From the IMG/VR virus record IMGVR_UViG_3300017446_000008, positions 1 through 42,384 of that record: DNA of 42,384 nucleotides; one strand, given 5' to 3'. The position numbers and the translations under genes were made by a program. Below are positions 14,169-20,161 of this stretch, piece by piece (the first letter of the stretch is position 1; each line of letters begins with the position of its first letter). The stretch is from a virus. The notes under the pieces were generated by a model. That model saw only the letters and a program-made list of their open reading frames with translations, was not told the origin of the DNA and did no database searches.

Positions 14169-15109
14169 CAGCAGAAGAAATTTATCAAGGGCAATGGGTG
14201 GCTGATGGGCTGACCATTAGGCCGTACATACCAAGTTTTGAAAGTTTTAGTGATTACAATAATTTTCAAAGTAAACACGGAAGATGTATTTACGCCACCG
14301 ACCTGCCCAACGGGATATATGAGGCAAGCGAATTAGGGGAGGTGGTTTGGCAGGGTCTAACACAAATTAATAAACAAGATTACGGAAACTGGTTTTTTCT
14401 AACCTATAATTCAGAGGCTTTAACGCCTGAAGAATGGAAAATGCAGGGATATAAAACCCGCCAGTTCTTAACCACCAAAGAACCCATGAAAGAAGAAAGC
14501 AAAGAAAAAGAAGTGTGGCAGTTTAAGAAAGGAAATAACGGTCAATGGACTGATGAAAGTGAAGATATTATGTCAGAGTTCAAAAATTACAAAGAATATG
14601 AACAACTTCACTTTGATGCTAATAAAACCGGTAAGTTGGATATTAGTACCCGCATTAAACCCTCAACCACAACCGAAGCAACAGAGGGGGAAGCGGTAGA
14701 GCAGGCAGCAGATAATTATTCAAATAAAGTTGCGCCAAATAAAGAGGGGGAATATTATCATTATATGGCCATTGATGATGCATTCAAGGCCGGCTCACAA
14801 TGGCAATCCCAACACACCGCCAAAGCATTAGGGGACAAGGATAAGCAGATTAATGAACTTAATTTGCTGGTTAAATATGATCCCGAAATGTATAAACTAC
14901 AAAGCCTTACGCTTACTGATGAATTAGCGGAAAGCCAGGCGAGGGTTAAGGAGTTGGAAGAAGCTTTGCGCGAAATTTGGCCACTATCTACTAACGCATT
15001 TGGTGAATTATCTTTGGTAGAAATAAAAGGCGATTCTGTTTTGTTTCAGTTGAACAAAGCTATTGACAACGCAAAAAAATTACTTTCCAACCCCAATAAT
15101 CAAAAATAA
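14165..15109 (+). CDS. Hypothetical protein; N-terminal domain paralogous to 12357..12596, coiled-coil C-terminus
   Basis: 314-aa ORF with an ATGA overlap. Confidence 0.65.
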   Translation: MTAEEIYQGQWVADGLTIRPYIPSFESFSDYNNFQSKHGRCIYATDLPNGIYEASELGEVVWQGLTQINKQDYGNWFFLTYNSEALTPEEWKMQGYKTRQFLTTKEPMKEESKEKEVWQFKKGNNGQWTDESEDIMSEFKNYKEYEQLHFDANKTGKLDISTRIKPSTTTEATEGEAVEQAADNYSNKVAPNKEGEYYHYMAIDDAFKAGSQWQSQHTAKALGDKDKQINELNLLVKYDPEMYKLQSLTLTDELAESQARVKELEEALREIWPLSTNAFGELSLVEIKGDSVLFQLNKAIDNAKKLLSNPNNQK

Positions 15110-15117
15110 ATAACAAG

Positions 15118-15324
15118 ATGAAAAAACAAGCTTTTGAAATAAGTAAAACTGGATTGGACGAAATGGGCCAATCAGATATAGATCAACTAAATGAAATTCT
15201 ACCATCCTTAGTAGAAAAAAGTGGCGAATACGATTCGGAAGGTAATGAATTTTTGATTTTAGAAGATGGAAAATTAGTTCATCCTGAATATTTAAACCTT
15301 GAAGATGTACCGCCCAATAATTAA
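15118..15324 (+). CDS. Hypothetical acidic protein
   Basis: 68-aa ORF. Confidence 0.5.
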   Translation: MKKQAFEISKTGLDEMGQSDIDQLNEILPSLVEKSGEYDSEGNEFLILEDGKLVHPEYLNLEDVPPNN

Positions 15325-15338
15325 AAATAAATAAGAAT

Positions 15339-15506
15339 ATGGCAGAAAATACAGAATACACGGAAGCAGAAAAGGCAATCGCATTAATGTTCTTGATAGA
15401 TATTTACGGAGATGAAATAACCCGTGATCCAGAATATACAGCAGCGTTAATGGATATTTATATATGTGGCTACCGAGCCGGAAAGGACAACCAAAATGAG
15501 CGATAA
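15339..15506 (+). CDS. Hypothetical 55-aa protein (below the track cutoff)
   Basis: Manual translation: MAENTEYTEAEKAIALMFLIDIYGDEITRDPEYTAALMDIYICGYRAGKDNQNER. It fills the gap and overlaps the next ATG. Confidence 0.45.
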   Translation: MAENTEYTEAEKAIALMFLIDIYGDEITRDPEYTAALMDIYICGYRAGKDNQNER

Positions 15507-15927
15507 AATAGAACAGGCAGCGGAGGAACTTTGGGACAAGTACTCCGACTATATAGGCGATAGCTTATGCGATTTTGAAATGGTATCAGGACGCTCGGTA
15601 ATGCTATCTGGAGATTACAAGGCGTTTGCCGACGACATTGCCGACGTTGCAAAATCTGACCTTCAATCCACCATCACCAGACTACAGGCCGAGAATGAAC
15701 GGCTGAAAGGGGCGTTGTCAGGGTGGGTGAGTGTTGAGGATAGATTACCTGATAACGACTGGTGGAAACGCGTATTAGTTAACGGGAAACATCATATTTT
15801 GCCTCATTTTTATCAAGCGGATAGTAAAAGTTGGTGGGCATACGGTAGTTCTACTCCTGTACATAATGTAAGCCATTATATGGATTTTACTGATTTAGCC
15901 ACCGAAGCATTAACTCCTAAAGAATAA
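15496..15927 (+). CDS. DUF551-like protein (start moved to the ATG at 15496)
   Basis: The track start at 15466 is GTG. The C-terminus GWVSVEDRLPDNDWWKRVLV...VSHYMDF resembles the DUF551 signature. Confidence 0.5.
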   Translation: MSDKIEQAAEELWDKYSDYIGDSLCDFEMVSGRSVMLSGDYKAFADDIADVAKSDLQSTITRLQAENERLKGALSGWVSVEDRLPDNDWWKRVLVNGKHHILPHFYQADSKSWWAYGSSTPVHNVSHYMDFTDLATEALTPKE

Positions 15928-15931
15928 GAAA

Positions 15932-16153
15932 ATGGCAAAGAAAGAAAATCCAAACTATATATCAAAAATAGACGATCGTACAAATATCATTTACCCAAAT
16001 TACCATGACTTTGAATCAGGGCAAGAACCTGCAATTATAGTAAAAGGGTATAATGGCACGGTCGAAATAACACAGGGCGACCAGTCAATCATAGTACCCG
16101 ATAATGCGCGTGAAGATTTGGCTAATCTTATAAAAATCACTTTCATTGTATGA
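15932..16153 (+). CDS. Hypothetical protein
   Basis: 73-aa ORF. Confidence 0.55.
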   Translation: MAKKENPNYISKIDDRTNIIYPNYHDFESGQEPAIIVKGYNGTVEITQGDQSIIVPDNAREDLANLIKITFIV

Positions 16154-16575
16154 CCATCACAACAAATTGCATTATGCGCTTGAGGGCGTTGTATTTAGGG
16201 CAAAAGGTATTTATGCTGCCTAAATGGGAGCTAATGGAAGACGCAAGCCCCATGCCCTTAGATTTGGGCAATATAGATTCAGATTTACTTATTGAACCAG
16301 GCTATCTACTTCTCCGCGACCTCAAATCAATAACGGATGAAGAAAGGCAGCATGTATTTAATATAGAGTTTCTTCATAGATATGAGCGAGCTTCAGCAAT
16401 AATAGGGTTTGATAGGATTGATTTATCAGATGGGCAATGGTTTAGAACCACAAATATTACCCACCAATACCTAACCCAACGCGGCTTCCTTTTACCTTTC
16501 TACGATGCCGAAACTAACCAAACCATCACTCCCGCCCAGTTCATTGAAGCAGGGGTGGTTAAAATAAAAGAATAA
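16150..16575 (+). CDS. Hypothetical protein
   Basis: 141-aa ORF with an ATGA overlap. Confidence 0.6.
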   Translation: MTITTNCIMRLRALYLGQKVFMLPKWELMEDASPMPLDLGNIDSDLLIEPGYLLLRDLKSITDEERQHVFNIEFLHRYERASAIIGFDRIDLSDGQWFRTTNITHQYLTQRGFLLPFYDAETNQTITPAQFIEAGVVKIKE

Positions 16576-16576
16576 T

Positions 16577-16723
16577 ATGTTAAAGAGAACAAGATGCCCT
16601 CGAAAGTTGAAAAAAGAACTTAAAACATGGACTTCCATTTTGGGTATATCCATGTACATAGTTCAAAGAAACAAAATAAAAAAAGGGTTAATGGATTTTT
16701 ATTATAAACCGTATATGCCATGA
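16577..16723 (+). CDS. Hypothetical 48-aa basic protein
   Basis: Manual translation: MLKRTRCPRKLKKELKTWTSILGISMYIVQRNKIKKGLMDFYYKPYMP. ATGA overlap with the next gene. Confidence 0.35.
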   Translation: MLKRTRCPRKLKKELKTWTSILGISMYIVQRNKIKKGLMDFYYKPYMP

Positions 16724-16953
16724 CCATCATCCTAACCTCCCTAACCACCGCCATAATCTCCACGTGCCTGTACATTTACATTCACCAGTGCAAATATTTG
16801 CCGAAAATAAACAGCGGTAAAGTGCCGGTAATACAGTACTGGGAGAAGTATATGGTTACGTGCGAGGTTGTTGTTTGGATTAATTGTGCCGTGGCATTTT
16901 TAGCGGCGTTTATGAATTTGATTGATAGTTTGAACGTAATAAAATTAAAATAA
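16720..16953 (+). CDS. Small membrane protein (2 predicted TM segments)
   Basis: 77-aa ORF with hydrophobic stretches IILTSLTTAIISTCLYIYI and VVVWINCAVAFLAAFMNLI. Confidence 0.55.
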   Translation: MTIILTSLTTAIISTCLYIYIHQCKYLPKINSGKVPVIQYWEKYMVTCEVVVWINCAVAFLAAFMNLIDSLNVIKLK

Positions 16954-16954
16954 G

Positions 16955-17332
16955 ATGAACGATTTAAAAAGCACAGATTTGAGGATAGGTAACTTAGCGC
17001 AAATTAAGAACGGCGATATAAGGACGGTTATCAATTTAGATAACTGCATAAAGGTCACAGGTAGTAGTGAGCATCATACTCATGGCATTTCAGGCATTCC
17101 CCTCACTGAAGAATGGCTGATAAAGTTGGGTTTTAAAAATAATATGTGGGGCGACTTAAAGACAGACGAGTTTACAAAGGATAATATTGCAATGTGCAAG
17201 GTGGGCGGGAACCACTCTATTCATCAGCTAAAACTTGAGGGTAGAATGTGTCAAGTTTTAATAACAACGGTTCACCAACTCCAAAACCTCTACCACGCTC
17301 TAACCGGTCAAGAATTACAATTAACCCAATAG
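16955..17332 (+). CDS. Hypothetical protein (IPLTEEWLIKLGF...VHQLQNLYHALTGQEL type)
   Basis: 125-aa ORF. The motif is recalled from phage hypothetical proteins only. Confidence 0.6.
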   Translation: MNDLKSTDLRIGNLAQIKNGDIRTVINLDNCIKVTGSSEHHTHGISGIPLTEEWLIKLGFKNNMWGDLKTDEFTKDNIAMCKVGGNHSIHQLKLEGRMCQVLITTVHQLQNLYHALTGQELQLTQ

Positions 17333-17337
17333 CCGCC

Positions 17338-17356
17338 AGTCGGTAATAAATTAAAG
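17338..17356 (+). repeat. Intergenic 19-mer AGTCGGTAATAAATTAAAG (copy 1)
   Basis: Exact repeat of 17883-17901. Lies between a stop codon and the next ATG. Confidence 0.9.
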
Positions 17357-17365
17357 GAAATAAAC

Positions 17366-17581
17366 ATGGGAAATAGATCCACTGCCTTTAGTAAAGAAAA
17401 AAAATGGCCAACAAATACATGGCGGCTTATTCAAACTTTACAAAAAATATATCAACATTATCATTCCTTTTATGATGGAGAGTTAACCCTCATGTTCAAT
17501 AATAATAAATTAGCTGTTTTAGAGAACGGAAAACTTAAAGAAACAACAAGTTTAAGCAACCTTGAAAAAATCATAAATTAA
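17366..17581 (+). CDS. Hypothetical protein
   Basis: 71-aa ORF. Confidence 0.55.
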   Translation: MGNRSTAFSKEKKWPTNTWRLIQTLQKIYQHYHSFYDGELTLMFNNNKLAVLENGKLKETTSLSNLEKIIN

Positions 17582-17596
17582 ACAATCGGTAAAAAA

Positions 17597-17884
17597 ATGA
17601 AAACATTATCAAAAGCAGAAGAAAAATTAGGACGTAAATTAACCCCGCAAGAAATTGAACTTTATAATTTATTCAAAGATGATGATTATTATATAATGTT
17701 GAAAGATGAAAAGGGGAATCTTAAAATGAAGAGAATAGACCCGTTACCCAAGTGGGTTGATCTATTAGAAAAAAAAGACCTAAACCCATTAGAACAGTTT
17801 ATGATGGAGCATGAGCCGTCTGGTAAGGAGCAAGCTATATTGTTTAGAGATCAATTAATAAACCTCATCAAGTTTGTAGTTTAG
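17597..17884 (+). CDS. Hypothetical protein
   Basis: 95-aa ORF. Confidence 0.55.
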   Translation: MKTLSKAEEKLGRKLTPQEIELYNLFKDDDYYIMLKDEKGNLKMKRIDPLPKWVDLLEKKDLNPLEQFMMEHEPSGKEQAILFRDQLINLIKFVV

Positions 17885-17901
17885 TCGGTAATAAATTAAA
17901 G
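17883..17901 (+). repeat. Intergenic 19-mer AGTCGGTAATAAATTAAAG (copy 2)
   Basis: Exact repeat of 17338-17356. Confidence 0.9.
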
Positions 17902-17909
17902 AGAAAATT

Positions 17910-18176
17910 ATGGAAAGAAAACCAGCAATCACGTGGGCGCAATTAAAAGAATTTGCAAACACTTTAAATGAAGATCAGTTACAAATGCCCGTATTAGCTA
18001 TGGGGAATGAGAGGGGATTTAAAATTCAAGCGGCTGAAGAGCTTGGTGAGGAAATGTACATTGACGATGAAGGTATGAATCCCTTGTCTGTATTCGAGCC
18101 ATTTGATGAAGAAGATGTATTAGATAATTACCCTAAAGTCCCTGCTAATACACCGTATCTTTATTTTGATATGTAA
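17910..18176 (+). CDS. Hypothetical acidic protein
   Basis: 88-aa ORF. Confidence 0.55.
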   Translation: MERKPAITWAQLKEFANTLNEDQLQMPVLAMGNERGFKIQAAEELGEEMYIDDEGMNPLSVFEPFDEEDVLDNYPKVPANTPYLYFDM

Positions 18177-18227
18177 TAACTAACTTTAACTAAAACCTTT
18201 CGGTAACAGGTCAACCGAGTGAATATT

Positions 18228-18698
18228 ATGAGTATCAATTTAAAATCATTATTAAACTTTTTCAGTGGTCTTTACCACAAACTATTAGGCGATCTGGAAT
18301 CTGATTTTAACGACCTACCCAAAGATGAACAAGATGCGCTTATCAAAGGTGGTCAGTTTGGCGAAATTGTAAAGCAGAACTTCAGGAATGGCTACCATGC
18401 TGTGTTAGCTGACGCTTCACATGTATTAGGCCTATCTGAAGCGCAAGCTGATGAACTATTAGTTGCCCTGGGTAAAAAGTTAGGCATCAACTCACAGTAC
18501 GGATTTGCTACTATTGACTACCTGCAGTCTGAATTCAACAAAGGCCTCGAGGATAGTTCCTGGGATGCTCTTTGGACTACGGTATCTGGCCAGCTTCAAA
18601 TAATTTTAGGTGGTGGTAAAGTTAACTGGGTTACCGTAGCTATAGGCTTAACTGAATTTGTTTATCAGAAATTTGTGAAAGGAAAGGTAGGTAAATGA
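18228..18698 (+). CDS. Hypothetical protein (start moved to the ATG at 18228)
   Basis: The track start at 18219 is GTG. The C-terminus has a hydrophobic segment VNWVTVAIGLTEFVY. Confidence 0.55.
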   Translation: MSINLKSLLNFFSGLYHKLLGDLESDFNDLPKDEQDALIKGGQFGEIVKQNFRNGYHAVLADASHVLGLSEAQADELLVALGKKLGINSQYGFATIDYLQSEFNKGLEDSSWDALWTTVSGQLQIILGGGKVNWVTVAIGLTEFVYQKFVKGKVGK

Positions 18699-18796
18699 TA
18701 ACGCTGCATGAATTATTTTATGCTATTGGAGTGGCATTTATAGTCGTATTAATAGCGTTTTTGTTAGCATGGGCAGTAGCAACCTTTTTTGAATAA
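18695..18796 (+). CDS. 33-aa single-TM peptide
   Basis: Manual translation: MITLHELFYAIGVAFIVVLIAFLLAWAVATFFE. ATGA overlap with the upstream gene. Confidence 0.4.
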   Translation: MITLHELFYAIGVAFIVVLIAFLLAWAVATFFE

Positions 18797-18818
18797 TTAA
18801 CTAACCCCGGCGCATCGA

Positions 18819-19028
18819 ATGAGTAAGTCGCCTTTAATGGAAAAAGAAAATATGGAAGAATTAAAAACTTGGATTAGCGAAAGGCGTGATACGGTTTATT
18901 ATATATGGTTACTTGAGGTTTTATGGCTAGGTTATAACGCTTGTTTATCTGGTGGTAGTTGGGCTTTATGGACTTTTATATGGTTATATACAGGCTTAAG
19001 ATGTTTTTATCCTAAGTTATTTGTTTAA
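18819..19028 (+). CDS. Small membrane protein (2 TM), last gene of the plus-strand block
   Basis: 69-aa ORF containing VYYIWLLEVLWLGYNACL and WALWTFIWLYTGL. Confidence 0.5.
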   Translation: MSKSPLMEKENMEELKTWISERRDTVYYIWLLEVLWLGYNACLSGGSWALWTFIWLYTGLRCFYPKLFV

Positions 19029-19271
19029 TCACTTCTCATCAACTTCCGGAACCACACCAACCATTTTAGATAGGCCGTAAACAATTGGATCAAGCAACAA
19101 GGTTACAATACCCATAGCTTCATAAATCCAGGGTGCAGGAAGTAGCTTAGTATAGGCAAACCAGCCAATTACAGCTTTAGATGCAAAGAAGTAAATACGA
19201 AATATGTTCTTAGCCCACATCGGTGTTTCTTTACCTATTTGCCCTATACCGAAAGTTGTTTTTTGTTCCAT
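19029..19271 (-). CDS. Holin candidate (2 TM), last gene of the late block
   Basis: 80-aa ORF with two hydrophobic segments (IFRIYFFASKAVIGWFAY, IYEAMGIVTLLLDPIVYGL) and a charged C-terminus. Lies downstream of the endolysin. Confidence 0.45.
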   Translation of the reverse strand: MEQKTTFGIGQIGKETPMWAKNIFRIYFFASKAVIGWFAYTKLLPAPWIYEAMGIVTLLLDPIVYGLSKMVGVVPEVDEK

Positions 19272-19322
19272 AATCTGTATATTTGAATCGCTTAGTAAAA
19301 GGAACGGAGCGTCTCCATTCGG

Positions 19323-19352
19323 GCGGATAATTTAAGCGTTATCCGCTTTTTT
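19323..19352 (+). terminator. Plus-strand intrinsic terminator GCGGATAA-N8-TTATCCGC-TTTTTT
   Basis: An 8-bp perfect stem (19323-19330 / 19339-19346) followed by T6. It lies inside the 3' end of the minus-strand 57-aa ORF. Confidence 0.65.
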
Positions 19353-19505
19353 AATTTTACAGTTCTTAACAATATAATCAACCAACTCCCCTGCCGCCTC
19401 CGGGTTCAACATAACCTCGTGCCCGTCAACCTCAATCAAAGTGTATACATCGTTCGGGTGAACCTTTATATCTACTTCACGGCTGTCTGTGTGCGTGTAG
19501 GGCAT
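19332..19505 (-). CDS. Hypothetical 57-aa protein in the lysis cassette (below the track cutoff)
   Basis: Manual translation: MPYTHTDSREVDIKVHPNDVYTLIEVDGHEVMLNPEAAGELVDYIVKNCKIKKADNA. ATGA overlap with the endolysin stop. Confidence 0.5.
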   Translation of the reverse strand: MPYTHTDSREVDIKVHPNDVYTLIEVDGHEVMLNPEAAGELVDYIVKNCKIKKADNA

Positions 19506-20062
19506 CATGCTAAGAACCTTTTATACGCCTTCTCCATACTAATATTATAAGGCTCTCTGCCGTACTTTTTAGCAATATCCATATAACCGCTACCATTATA
19601 CAATTCAGCTACCCTGTGGAAGTTTAATGCCTTTAAAGCGGCTTTTAACCGAGCATCTGTGTTGATGAATTTAGCCAGCCCATCTACTTGTTGATATTCA
19701 CCCTTTTTGAAGTCATCCCACATGGCACCAACCGAATGGAACCCCAGCCTACCAAAGTGAAAGCCCATGATTTGAGGTAGACCAATAGATGTTGCTTGCA
19801 TTGCCGCATCCGGATTTTTAGCAAAAGCATCATTAAAAGCGATCCATTCTTTTGCCTGGTTTTCCACTTTATTGATTGACCATTTACCAGAAGGAGCGAA
19901 AGGTGCCTTTTTACGGAACCAGGATGGCTCAAATTGAATAACTAGTTTGCCATTAATAAATCCACTGCCGCCGCTTTCCACTTCTATAAACGCCCGTAAT
20001 TGCGCGTAGGTAAGTCCGTATTTAGTGGCGATGTCGGTTACTTGTTGTTTGGTTAGATTCAT
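19505..20062 (-). CDS. Endolysin, N-acetylmuramidase (DUF3380-type) family; start moved to the ATG at 20062
   Basis: MNLTKQQVTDIATKYGLTYAQLRAFIEVESGGSGFINGKLVIQFEPSWFRK resembles the muramidase family signature (..VES.G.GF....ilFE.h.F). The track's longer N-terminus would cover a terminator and a promoter. Confidence 0.75.
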   Translation of the reverse strand: MNLTKQQVTDIATKYGLTYAQLRAFIEVESGGSGFINGKLVIQFEPSWFRKKAPFAPSGKWSINKVENQAKEWIAFNDAFAKNPDAAMQATSIGLPQIMGFHFGRLGFHSVGAMWDDFKKGEYQQVDGLAKFINTDARLKAALKALNFHRVAELYNGSGYMDIAKKYGREPYNISMEKAYKRFLA

Positions 20063-20076
20063 GGGATTGCTTTTAC

Positions 20077-20108
20077 CAAAGATAGTTAGTATGCACCAAA
20101 CGTGCAAA
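20077..20108 (-). promoter_or_regulatory. Promoter candidate TTTG-N20-TATCTTTGGTAA driving the lysis cassette
   Basis: Minus strand: TTTG (20108-20105), 20-nt spacer, TATCTTTG (20084-20077), ATG at 20062. The 12-mer TATCTTTGGTAA is shared with 27780-27791. Confidence 0.6.
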
Positions 20109-20110
20109 TA

Positions 20111-20141
20111 CCAAAAAAGCCCCGCGTAATGCAAGGGCTTT
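20111..20141 (-). terminator. Intrinsic terminator after the tail-fibre gene
   Basis: Minus strand reads AAAGCCC-ttgcattacgcg-GGGCTTT followed by TTTTGG. It lies about 20 nt downstream of the stop of 20162..21928. Confidence 0.7.
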
Positions 20142-20161
20142 GAAATTAATAGGGGAAAGGG

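Noticed and set aside
5962-15652. Antisense or nested ORFs in the early blocks: 5962..6183(+), 8003..8200(-), 9809..10000(+), 9967..10167(+), 11841..12056(+), 13300..13569(-), 13590..13793(-), 14069..14278(-), 15080..15361(-), 15470..15652(-). Also 19684..19932(-) and 34686..34868(-).
   Set aside because: Each overlaps a better-supported gene on the other strand or in another frame (RecT, Dam, endolysin, head-closure protein and others) and breaks the otherwise tight co-directional packing.
20063-20134. The 24-residue hydrophobic N-terminal extension of the endolysin ORF (MHYAGLFWYLHVWCILTIFGKSNP) looked like a SAR/signal-anchor domain.
   Set aside because: These codons coincide with the intrinsic terminator (20111-20141) and the TTTG-N20-TATCTTTG promoter candidate (20077-20108). 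The ATG at 20062 (MNLTKQQ...) lies 14 nt downstream of the -7 box and is the likelier start.
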